NCBI GenBank assembly: GCA_036781185.1
Contig: DAIQBL010000001.1
Coordinates: 23,369-87,368 of the forward strand
Source of the DNA: Thermoplasmatota archaeon
Lineage (GTDB): Archaea; Thermoplasmatota; Thermoplasmata; Lutacidiplasmatales; UBA184
Length of the DNA: 64,000 nt
Direction of reading: 5' to 3'
The notes under the pieces are model-generated. The model searched no databases, was not told the DNA's origin, and saw only the letters and a program-made list of their open reading frames with translations. Both the position numbers and the translations under genes were made by a program. This document shows positions 35,448 through 43,670 of the stretch, piece by piece (the first letter of the stretch is position 1; each line of letters starts with the position of its first letter).

Positions 35448-37067
35448 ATGGACCCCGTGCCAGCTCCGCGGCCCGGGGGCGGATCCCCCGTCCCCGACCT
35501 GCGCGCGCTCCGGACCCGCTCGACCCGCTACCACCGCCCGCGCGCCCCGTTCTGCGGCGTCGGCTACTGCACGAACTGCCTCGTCCGGGTGAACGGCGTC
35601 CCGAACGTCCGCGCCTGCCGGACCGAGTTCGCCCCCGGTGACGCGGTCTCGGTCGAGAACGCGTGGCCGTCCGCCCGGTTCGACCTCCTCGCCGCCTTTG
35701 ACCTTCTGTTCCCCAAGGGGATCGATACCCTCCGGGGGTTCCGGAGGCCGGCGTTCGCGCGCGGTCTCTACCAGACGGTCGTGCGTCGCCTCGCCGGCAC
35801 CGGCTCGCTCCCGACGCCGTCCCGACCGGTCCCAATGGCCCCGGCCCGGAGCGTGGCGACCGACGTCGTCATCGTCGGAGCGGGGGCCGCCGGCCGGACG
35901 TGCGCGTCCGCCCTCATCGCGGCCGGGGTCACCGCGGTGGTCCTCGAGCGGGAGCCGGGCGTCCCCGCGGTCGAGGGATGCGAAACCCTCGTCGGTACCA
36001 CGGCCGTCTTCCTGCCGCCCCCGGACCTCGCTCGGCCCCATCCGTTCCAGCTGATCGCCAGCGCGCTCGGCGGGACGGCCGTCGACGTACGGGCCCGGCG
36101 GGTCGTCGTCGCCACCGGCGGCTACGACGCGGGTCTCTGGTTCGCGGGAAGCGACCGGCCCGGCGTTCTGACGGCGGAGGGGGCCGAGCGGATGCATCCG
36201 GTGAACGCGCCGGGGTTCCGGCACGCCGTCGTCTTCGGGGGAGGGCCGAGGGCCCTCGAGATCCTCGACCGGTTTCCCGAGCAGGCCGAGGCGGTCGTTG
36301 CCCCCGGCGCGATCGACCCCGACGTCAGCCGTCGCGGCTCGGAGCTCGACATTCCGCTCTACCCTCGGACGCTCCTTCTCTCGGCCATCGGACGCGGCGG
36401 GGTCCGGAAGGTGCGGCTCGCCCGTCGGGGCGGGAACTCCCCCACGTTCGACGTCGCGGCGGACGCGGTGATCCTCGCCCACCGGCGCCTCCCCCATGCC
36501 CAGCTGTTCTTCCAGGCGGGGGCCGCGATGACGTGGCATCCCGAGGTCGGGGCGTACGGGCCGGTGCTGGGGGCCGGCGGGGAGACGACCGTCCCGGGCC
36601 TGTACGCGGTCGGCGAACCCGCGGGGGCGCGGGACCGCGACGGCGCCCACCGAAGTGGGGCGACCACCGGAACCGCCGTGCTCGCCAACGGATCCTGGCC
36701 GACCCCGTCAACGCCACCGGTCGACGCGGCGCACCACGAGCTCGAGGGGTACTATCAGGAACTGCTGACGGCCGGTCCGGGCCCCGGGAAGGTCGTCGCC
36801 TGCCCGTGCGAGGACGTGCTCCTCGGCGAGCTCCTCGAGGCGACCGAGCGGGGGTACCGGGGAATCGAGGTCGCCAAGCGCTACACCGGCCTCGGCACCG
36901 GCCTCTGCCAGGGCCGCTACTGTCTTCCGGAAGCGCTGCTCGTGCTGGCGGTCCGGGAGCATCGACCGGTCCAAGAGGTCGGGTACATCACCCAGCGACC
37001 CCCGGTCGTGCCGACGTCGCTCGGCGCATTGGCCGGCCTCCCCGACCCGGGAGCCCCGAGCCCATGA
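35448..37067 (+). CDS. Sarcosine-oxidase-alpha/opine-oxidase-A/archaeal proline-dehydrogenase-like FAD/NAD oxidoreductase with N-terminal and C-terminal [2Fe-2S] motifs
   Basis: N-terminal CGVGYCTNCLVRVNGVPNVRAC, a DVVIVGAGAAG dinucleotide fold, and a C-terminal BFD-like CPCEDV...GLCQGRYC. Confidence 0.65.
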   Translation: MDPVPAPRPGGGSPVPDLRALRTRSTRYHRPRAPFCGVGYCTNCLVRVNGVPNVRACRTEFAPGDAVSVENAWPSARFDLLAAFDLLFPKGIDTLRGFRRPAFARGLYQTVVRRLAGTGSLPTPSRPVPMAPARSVATDVVIVGAGAAGRTCASALIAAGVTAVVLEREPGVPAVEGCETLVGTTAVFLPPPDLARPHPFQLIASALGGTAVDVRARRVVVATGGYDAGLWFAGSDRPGVLTAEGAERMHPVNAPGFRHAVVFGGGPRALEILDRFPEQAEAVVAPGAIDPDVSRRGSELDIPLYPRTLLLSAIGRGGVRKVRLARRGGNSPTFDVAADAVILAHRRLPHAQLFFQAGAAMTWHPEVGAYGPVLGAGGETTVPGLYAVGEPAGARDRDGAHRSGATTGTAVLANGSWPTPSTPPVDAAHHELEGYYQELLTAGPGPGKVVACPCEDVLLGELLEATERGYRGIEVAKRYTGLGTGLCQGRYCLPEALLVLAVREHRPVQEVGYITQRPPVVPTSLGALAGLPDPGAPSP

Positions 37068-38230
37068 CCGCGCCGGAGCGACGGAGCTACCGGACCGCGA
37101 TCATCGGCGGCGGCATCGTCGGACTGTTCACCGCCTACCACCTGCTGCGGGCCGGCGCCGGTCCGGTCCTCGTGCTCGAGCGGGGGTTCCTCTCCTCCGG
37201 CGCGTCCGGGCGCAACGGCGGCGGCGTGCGCCAGCAGTGGGAGACCCGACCGACGGTCCGGTTGATGCGCGAGGCGGTGGGCGCCTGGAAGCGGTTCGGC
37301 GCCGAGTTCGGCACGAACGTCTGGTTCCGCCAGGGGGGCTACCTGTTCTTGGCGAACACCGCCGCGGAGGTCGAACGCCTCCGGCAGGTCACCGAGAGCG
37401 TGCGCGCCGAGGGGCTCAATGGGCGGCTCCTCGACCCGGCCTCGGCCGGGCGGCACGCCCCCGCCCTCTCGCTCGACGGAGTCCTCGCCGCGACGTTCCT
37501 CGAGACCGATGGCACGCTCTACCCGTTCCCCGGGGTCTGGGGCGTGTACGAGGCGGTCCGCGCCCTCGGGGGCGAGGTCGCCCTCGGCGTCGCGGTCACC
37601 GGGATCCGGACCGAGGGCGGCCGGGTGGTCGGCGTGTCCACGACGGCCGGCCCGGTCGATGCCCCCGTCGTCGTGAACGCCGCCGGCGGGTGGTCGGCCG
37701 ACGTCTCGCGCCTCGCGGGCCTCGAGGTCCCGAACGTCGCGAGCCGGCACGAGATCCTCGCGACCGAGCCGCTAAAGCCGTTCCTCGACCCGATGGTGAT
37801 CCGCCTCTCGGATGGCCTGTACTTCAGCCAGACGATGCGCGGGGAGGTCGTCGGCGGACTCTCGATTCCGCATCCCCCCGGAACCCGGGCCGGCGTGCCG
37901 ACGTCGCCCGCCTTCCTGCGGGCGATGGCGCGCTCGCTCGTCGCGATCGTCCCGGCGCTCGCGCCGGTCGGGGTGCTGAGGGCCTGGTCCGGCTACTACG
38001 ACGACACGCCCGACGGGTTCCCCGTGATCGGCGAAGACCCGCGACTGCCGGGGTTCGTCCACGCGAACGGCTTCGGCGGCCACGGGTTCATGCTCTCGCC
38101 CGTCTCCTCGAAGCGCGTCGCGCAGGCGGTGCTCGGCGAACGGACCGACCTCGACCCCGCGCTGTTCTCGCCCGGGCGGTTCCTCGACCCGAACCGGCCG
38201 ACGCGGGCCGAAGGGCTCCAGCCGGGCTAG
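37064..38230 (+). CDS. FAD-dependent oxidoreductase (DAO family; sarcosine oxidase beta / proline dehydrogenase beta-like)
   Basis: TAIIGGGIVGLFTAYHLLRAG...SGASGRNGG...GFGGHGFMLSP. Its start overlaps the stop of the upstream gene (ATGA). Confidence 0.75.
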   Translation: MTAPERRSYRTAIIGGGIVGLFTAYHLLRAGAGPVLVLERGFLSSGASGRNGGGVRQQWETRPTVRLMREAVGAWKRFGAEFGTNVWFRQGGYLFLANTAAEVERLRQVTESVRAEGLNGRLLDPASAGRHAPALSLDGVLAATFLETDGTLYPFPGVWGVYEAVRALGGEVALGVAVTGIRTEGGRVVGVSTTAGPVDAPVVVNAAGGWSADVSRLAGLEVPNVASRHEILATEPLKPFLDPMVIRLSDGLYFSQTMRGEVVGGLSIPHPPGTRAGVPTSPAFLRAMARSLVAIVPALAPVGVLRAWSGYYDDTPDGFPVIGEDPRLPGFVHANGFGGHGFMLSPVSSKRVAQAVLGERTDLDPALFSPGRFLDPNRPTRAEGLQPG

Positions 38231-38288
38231 GCCGGCGGGGCGACGGGCGGCGCGGCAAACCTTTCCTCCCGGTCCCGGTCGGGACGAC

Positions 38289-39596
38289 GTGTTCGACCGC
38301 TCCCCGGCGAATCCGTTCCCCGGTCCCCCGTCGGACGGGAAGGGGAGGGACGCGATGCACGCCGTCGCGTTCCGGGCGGCCGTCGAGGGGGCCGACGCCT
38401 ACCATGGGGTCCGCTCCGCCCTCCGACGGGACGGCCCGACGGTCCGGCTCGGGAACCGGTTCGCCCCGATCGCGCGGTTCCGCGAGGTCGCGTTCGTCGC
38501 GCTCGGCCACGCCGCCGTCTCCGCCGCGTTCGGGGCGCACGACGCGCTCGGGAGCGCCCTCACGCAAGGGTACATCGCCGGCCCGAACGCGGTCCCGCCG
38601 GAGATCCCGTTCCGCGGAACCGTGGTGGCGCCGGGCCGGCCCGGATCGCCGGGGGCCGCCGCGGCGCTCGCGGACGTCCTCGAGCTGGCGAGCGGTCTCA
38701 CGGAGAAGGACCTGCTCGTGCTCCTCATCACCCCGGGCGCTTCGGTGACGCTCGCCGCCCCGCCGCCCGGGTTCGACGGCGCCTCCTGGGGCGCGTGGCT
38801 GGCGGACGTGCGGAGCGTGGGCGCCACCGCGATGGAGGTCGCCGGACTGGTCCGGGTCCTCGGCCAGGGCGGCGTCGGCGGACGGCTGGCGCACGCCGCC
38901 GGATCGGCCGAGGTGCTCCCGTTGATCGTCGACCGGGGCGAGGGGGGGGTGACGGTCGGCGGCGGACCGACCGTCCCGGTCCTCCCCACCGAACGGGCCG
39001 GCGCCCGGGCCACGCTCGAGCGCCTCGGGCGATTCGCGTCCCTCCCCGCCCCGGCCCGGGCGGCGTTGTCGGCCGACGTCTCGCTCCCCCTCGGGTCGTC
39101 CCGGAAGCTCCACCGCCCGGTCGCCGTCGCCGGACCCGCGGACGCGCTCCGCGCGGCGGGCGACGCGATCACGAACCGGGGGTACACTTCGCGCCTTGCC
39201 GCGATGACAATCCCGGGGGACGCCGCCACGGCCGCCACCTCGTTCGTCGACCTCGCCGACGTGGTCGTCTCGGCCGCCTTCGCCGGCGGGGCGCCGAGGT
39301 CGAAGGGCGTGGTCGCGTTCGCGCCCTCGACCCTCGAAGTCCCGGAGGGCGACGACGAGCGGAGGTCGTTCGCCGAGTTCGCGCGAGCCGCCTCGCTCCG
39401 GATCCGCCGCCGCGGGATGACGGTCGGAGTCTACCAGACGAGCGCGCTCCCCGACCCAAAAGGCGCCGCCGGGATCGTCGTTGACGCGGCGGGAAGCACG
39501 GGCCCGTCGACCCCGCGTCCCCTCGCGATGCGGCCCGGGATCACCGACGTCGGCTGCCTGCTCGTCGCCTTCGCCCCCTCGGAGCCTCCGTCGTGA
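38289..39596 (+). CDS. Glycerate kinase (MOFRL / glycerate-2-kinase GckA family)
   Basis: N-terminal DUF4147-like region (FVALGHAAVSAAFGA) and a C-terminal MOFRL region. Family-level call only. Confidence 0.55.
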   Translation: MFDRSPANPFPGPPSDGKGRDAMHAVAFRAAVEGADAYHGVRSALRRDGPTVRLGNRFAPIARFREVAFVALGHAAVSAAFGAHDALGSALTQGYIAGPNAVPPEIPFRGTVVAPGRPGSPGAAAALADVLELASGLTEKDLLVLLITPGASVTLAAPPPGFDGASWGAWLADVRSVGATAMEVAGLVRVLGQGGVGGRLAHAAGSAEVLPLIVDRGEGGVTVGGGPTVPVLPTERAGARATLERLGRFASLPAPARAALSADVSLPLGSSRKLHRPVAVAGPADALRAAGDAITNRGYTSRLAAMTIPGDAATAATSFVDLADVVVSAAFAGGAPRSKGVVAFAPSTLEVPEGDDERRSFAEFARAASLRIRRRGMTVGVYQTSALPDPKGAAGIVVDAAGSTGPSTPRPLAMRPGITDVGCLLVAFAPSEPPS

Positions 39597-40852
39597 GCGT
39601 CGCCGGTCCGGCGATCGCCTCGCCGGTCCCGGCGGCCGGGCTCGCCGGGTACCGCCGCCTCTTCCGGCAGCGGCGGTTCACGTGGTTCTTCCTCTCGCAG
39701 GCGACCGGCGACGCGGGGTACGCGATCTACACGATCGCGATCCCGTACCTCGCGTTCCGGATCTCGGGCAGCTTCGCCGTCGCGGGGCTCGTCCTCGGCG
39801 TCGAATTCGGCGTGTACGCCCTCTCGTTCCTCGCCGGCCCCGTCATCGACAAGGTCGCGGACCTCCGCACGATCCTCCTCGTCGGCTACCCGATCCAGGG
39901 GGCCGTCGCCCTCCTCCTTGGCTACCTCGCGGCGACCGGGGCGCTGACCGTTCCGGTCCTGCTCGTGCTCGTCGTCGCGCTCTCGTTCCCGTGGAACTTC
40001 ACCTGGACGGCCACGAACGCGATCCCCCCGAAGATCGTCGGCGCCGACGAGCTGTTCCCGGCGAGCGCGCTCATGTCGGCGACCTCGGATGCCACCCAGG
40101 TCGCGGGGTACGCCGCCGGCGCGGCGCTCATCCTCCTCCTGAGCCCGGCCGCCGGCCCGATCCTGTACGGGATCGCGAACTTCGTGGCCGCCGCGCTCGC
40201 TGTCCCGGTCCTCGTCCCGCAGGCGAGCGCCGCCCGAGCCTGGTGGACGGACCTCGTCGAAGGCTGGCGGGCCTTCCGGGACGGCGGGGGGCGTCCGCTG
40301 ATCGCGCTCAGCACGTTCTCGGCGGCCGAGGCGTTCTTCAGCGCCGGCCCGCCGCTCCTGATCCTCGCCGCGGCGAACCTGCGCGGCCCGAACGCGGCGC
40401 TGACGTACGGGGTGCTCTTCACGTCGTTCGCCGTCGGCGGCGTCGTCGGGTCGCTCGTTCTCGGCGTGGCCAACCCCCGCTCCCGACTCGGACTCGCGCT
40501 CATCGGGTCCACGGTGTCGGAGGGGGTCCTGATCGTCCTCGCCGTGCTCCTCGCACCGCTCGGGCTCGTCGCCGCCCCCGTCTGGTTCGCCGCCGGTGCA
40601 GTGGACGTCGTGTTCTATCAATCGGTCATCGTCTTCCTCCAGGCGACCTCGCCACCCGACCTCGTCGGCCGGACGCTGACCAACCACTACCTGTTCCGGG
40701 GGACCGGACGGGCGGCGGGGGCGACGGGGATCGGGTTCGTGCTCGCCGCGGCCCCGTTCCTTCTCGTCGGGCTGGCGAGCGGGCTCGCGTTCCTCGTGGT
40801 CGCGGGGCTCGCCGTCGCCCTCGTGCCGACGGTCCGACGGCTTGCGTTCTAG
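39593..40852 (+). CDS. MFS transporter
   Basis: 12 predicted TM helices with a two-halves architecture. The start overlaps the upstream stop. Confidence 0.7.
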   Translation: MSVAGPAIASPVPAAGLAGYRRLFRQRRFTWFFLSQATGDAGYAIYTIAIPYLAFRISGSFAVAGLVLGVEFGVYALSFLAGPVIDKVADLRTILLVGYPIQGAVALLLGYLAATGALTVPVLLVLVVALSFPWNFTWTATNAIPPKIVGADELFPASALMSATSDATQVAGYAAGAALILLLSPAAGPILYGIANFVAAALAVPVLVPQASAARAWWTDLVEGWRAFRDGGGRPLIALSTFSAAEAFFSAGPPLLILAAANLRGPNAALTYGVLFTSFAVGGVVGSLVLGVANPRSRLGLALIGSTVSEGVLIVLAVLLAPLGLVAAPVWFAAGAVDVVFYQSVIVFLQATSPPDLVGRTLTNHYLFRGTGRAAGATGIGFVLAAAPFLLVGLASGLAFLVVAGLAVALVPTVRRLAF

Positions 40853-41448
40853 GGCGGTGGGGTCGGCGCCTCGGCGGGGCCGAAGTGGCGCTTCAGCGCC
40901 ATGTACTCCTCGAACGAGATCTGCCGGCGGGCCCGGACGGCCCCGGCCTGACGGAGCGATTCGATGTGGTACTGCGCGATCAGGTCGGACACGGGCCGCG
41001 CGCGGCTCGGTGTCCGGTCGCTCTCCAGGGGGGCGGCCGCGATCGGCCGGTCGGTGATCGGCACCTCGTCCCGCGGTCGGGCGGGCGCCGCCGCGATTCC
41101 CGCCGGGCCGGCGAGGTAGTTCCGGAGAGCCTCCGCCTCTCCGACCGTCACCTCCCCCTCGGCGAGCAGGAGCTCCACGAGCTCCGCTTGCCGCGGGCGG
41201 TACGTCTCCACGAGCTCCGTCAGGGGCCGGTCCGGCCGGGGGGGTGAGGTCGGCGTGAATCCGGCGAGCCGGGCCGCCTCGGTGAGGTCTCGGTCGAGCG
41301 ACGCGATCGCTTCCCCAAGCTCCGCCGGGGTCGGGCGCTGGCCGGAGACCCGGAACCGGGCCTCCAGGCGGATCCGCCGGGGCGGATTCCCGGGCCGGGC
41401 CGCCTCGCCCTCGACACTGAGGACGACCTCGCTGGGATCGAGCGTCAT
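40849..41448 (-). CDS. Hypothetical protein
   Basis: 199 aa of normal composition (TELVETYRPRQAELVELLLAEGEVTVGEAEALRNYLAG...ISFEEYMALKRHF). I do not recognise a family. Confidence 0.45.
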   Translation of the reverse strand: MTLDPSEVVLSVEGEAARPGNPPRRIRLEARFRVSGQRPTPAELGEAIASLDRDLTEAARLAGFTPTSPPRPDRPLTELVETYRPRQAELVELLLAEGEVTVGEAEALRNYLAGPAGIAAAPARPRDEVPITDRPIAAAPLESDRTPSRARPVSDLIAQYHIESLRQAGAVRARRQISFEEYMALKRHFGPAEAPTPPP

Positions 41449-41520
41449 CGACGGCCGGAGGCGGGGCGGGGGAAAAGGAGTTCGCGCCGATCGGGGGCAT
41501 CGACCACGAATCGGTTACCT

Positions 41521-41569
41521 TGCTTTATCAGATATTTTGGGATGACGAGATATAGCACAGTAACTATTT
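41521..41569 (+). promoter_or_regulatory. AT-rich promoter-like region upstream of the HxlR gene
   Basis: ttgctttatcagatattttgggatgacgagatatagcacagtaactatttatgg is the only AT-rich island in a high-GC context. Confidence 0.4.
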
Positions 41570-42082
41570 ATGGCGCGCCGGCCTCCTAGTGGCGAGAGGT
41601 CCCCCATGTCCTACCGTGATCCCAGCCGCCGTGTCCCGCCCTCCGGGGCGCCGGACGGTATGTGCGCCCCGGGCGAAGCGTCGCTCTGCCCCGTGCTCGC
41701 GGCCGTCGGCGTCATCGGCACCGAATGGCGCCTCGCGATCGTCCACCGGCTTTTGAACGGGCCGCAGCGATTCAGCGAGCTCCTCCGCTCGAACTCGAGA
41801 CTCAACGCGAAGACGCTCAGCGCGACCCTGAAGTTCCTCGAGAGCTCCGGCGTCGTCCAGCGGACCGTCGTCAGTACGCGGCCGTTCTCGGTCGTGTACT
41901 CGCTCACGGAGATGGGCCTCGGGCTCGCGCCCGCCGCCCGTGAGCTCCGCGCCTGGGGCGAACGCTGGCTCCTCCCGCGCGTCGCCGCCGGGCAGCGCCC
42001 GCCGGTCCCGAGGACGCCCGCCATCCAGGGCGAGCTCCCGCGGATCGTCGTCTCCGAGGGCCCGATCCGCCGGGGCTCCTAG
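41570..42082 (+). CDS. HxlR-family transcriptional regulator
   Basis: CPVLAAVGVIGTEWRLAIVHRLLNGPQRFSELLRSNSRLNAKTLSATLKFLESSGVV...VYSLTEMG. The true start may be the second ATG (MSYRD, about 41606). Confidence 0.75.
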   Translation: MARRPPSGERSPMSYRDPSRRVPPSGAPDGMCAPGEASLCPVLAAVGVIGTEWRLAIVHRLLNGPQRFSELLRSNSRLNAKTLSATLKFLESSGVVQRTVVSTRPFSVVYSLTEMGLGLAPAARELRAWGERWLLPRVAAGQRPPVPRTPAIQGELPRIVVSEGPIRRGS

Positions 42083-42187
42083 GGCGACGGCCGGGCGCCG
42101 GGGGGCAACGGTCCTACGGGGACCGTTTCGCCCCCTCCCGTCCCCGGTTCAAATACCCCGGGAACGGACTTCGTCGTGCAACCACCC

Positions 42188-42250
42188 GGAAGGACCCCCT
42201 TACATCCCCAAGGAGACGGCACCGCGTCTCGGGAGTGCGGGGGGTCCTTC
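42188..42250. terminator. Nested stem-loop (12-bp outer stem ggaaggaccccc/gggggtccttcc enclosing the hairpin gagacg-gcaccg-cgtctc) between convergent genes
   Basis: Seen directly in the sequence. It sits in the 200-bp gap between the 3-prime ends of 41570..42082 (+) and 42282..42710 (-). Confidence 0.4.
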
Positions 42251-42281
42251 CAACCCTTCTTCCCTTCGATTCCTTCCACGA

Positions 42282-42710
42282 TCAGACCGGCGCGCGCAGG
42301 TGGTACCCCGCGGCGCGGTCGGCCGTGATGTGCCCGGCCCAGGCGAGCATCGGCCACGGGACCTCCCGGGTCAGCAGTGCCCAAACCGAGAACACCGCTC
42401 CCCAGACCAGGAGGTTGTGGAACGTGTTGTACAGCGTCGGCCCCCAGCTGGGCCAGTCCCGGGATCCCCGGGACCCAAGGCCGATCGGCACGAACGCCGC
42501 GATGTCCGGCCAGAGCGCCCAGAAGATCGTCAGGAGAACGCTCGTCAGCGGAAAGTCGTGCAGCACCCCCCATCGCCAGCCGAACAACGCGAGTAGGATC
42601 GCGATCGTCGCGGCCGCGTACTCGGCCCGGTAGAGCGTCGAGTTCAGGCGCAGGAATGCCGGACCCCACGGGGGGGCCGGCGCGTCGGAGCTCCGGATTT
42701 CCACGGCCAC
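42282..42710 (-). CDS. Small membrane protein (about 4 TM), hypothetical
   Basis: A GTG start gives MAVEIRSSDAPAPPWGPAFLRLNSTLYRAEYAAATIAILLALFGW...; the rest of the 394-aa track ORF is Arg-rich junk. Confidence 0.5.
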   Translation of the reverse strand: MAVEIRSSDAPAPPWGPAFLRLNSTLYRAEYAAATIAILLALFGWRWGVLHDFPLTSVLLTIFWALWPDIAAFVPIGLGSRGSRDWPSWGPTLYNTFHNLLVWGAVFSVWALLTREVPWPMLAWAGHITADRAAGYHLRAPV

Positions 42711-43304
42711 GTGAGACCTCCGGATTAGAGAAGCTTGGCCGAACTTCGTCGGGGCATCGGGGCCGGCCCAGTGATTCGACGGTCCCGTGTCCGTGGGAGC
42801 CCTACGGGGAGGGTTCGACCGTTGGCGCGGACCCCCTCCACCGTTCACCGTCCGTCCGCCCGCGAGGGAACGTGACCCCTCGCCCGGTCCCTCGCTCAAC
42901 ACACCCAACGAGCATCGGCCGGACCCCCGTCGCGCGGCTCCCACACCAGGGATCCCTCGCCACCGATCCGCCCGATCCTCCGAACCTCCCCCGTCGTCCG
43001 ACCGGCGCGACCGTCCGTCGCCCCGAGAAGGCCGACCGAACGACCGGACCCCGAGGCGGGCCGGAGCGCGGGGACGCTCCGACCACCGCCGGGCGCTGAG
43101 CGGGCACGCTGCCGGAAGTCGGCCGCCTAGCCGCTCCTCGGCGCGCCTCGGGGTCCGGGATCTTCCCGGTGCCCGCACCGGACCGGGTCGCTCCCAGATT
43201 CTGCTCCCCGACTCCGAGGAGCGGGCGGACAACGGGCGCGGCCCTCGAGCGAACGACCGACCGAGCGGGACGCCCCCCGCGTCCCGACCGTAGCCCGCCC
43301 ACCG

Positions 43305-43670
43305 GTGGTCCGCCGGCGGGAGGGAGGATGGTCCCGAATGTTGACATCGCGAAGCGCCGTACGGCGCCCCCCGGAACCGGTTCGCGCTCCCACACCCGAA
43401 CTCCCTGCGTCCCTTCCCCGCATCCGCCGCCTGGGCCGCGTTCGACTGCCGGTCACCCTCGGCCACCGACCGTGGGCGACCGCCTACCGGATGCCGAACG
43501 GCCGGGTCGTCTGGTGCGTCCGCCTCTGGCAGGACGGCTCCGTCGTCCGCGCCGTGGTCAGCACGGCGGTCGTCCGCTCGTACGCCGAACGATCCGGACT
43601 CGCGCGACTTCTCGCCGAGGTCGAAGCGCTGGCGGAGCCGGAGGGAGGAGCGTGCCCGACGGTCGCGTGA
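43305..43670 (+). CDS. Hypothetical small protein upstream of the VirD4/HerA-like ATPase
   Basis: 121 aa (RVVWCVRLWQDGSVVRAVVSTAVVRSYAERSGLARLLAEVEALAE). It overlaps the next gene start. Confidence 0.4.
   Translation: MVRRREGGWSRMLTSRSAVRRPPEPVRAPTPELPASLPRIRRLGRVRLPVTLGHRPWATAYRMPNGRVVWCVRLWQDGSVVRAVVSTAVVRSYAERSGLARLLAEVEALAEPEGGACPTVA

Noticed and set aside
35900-37060. N-terminal 388 aa of track ORF 35900..38230
   Set aside because: Arg-rich alternate frame over the SoxA-like gene. The genuine product (SoxB-like flavoprotein) begins at the ATG at about 37064, overlapping the upstream stop.
39431-41500. 689-aa minus ORF and 588-aa plus ORF (39481..41247) spanning the MFS transporter and hypothetical gene
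   Set aside because: Low-complexity Arg/Asp/Glu-rich translation. The real genes there are the plus-strand MFS (39593..40852) and the minus-strand 40849..41448.
43169-43650. N-terminal 161 aa of track ORF 43169..46267 and ORF 42787..43293
   Set aside because: Pro/Arg-rich and lacking motifs. The ATPase domain begins at the GTG at 43652, and the interval is better treated as non-coding.
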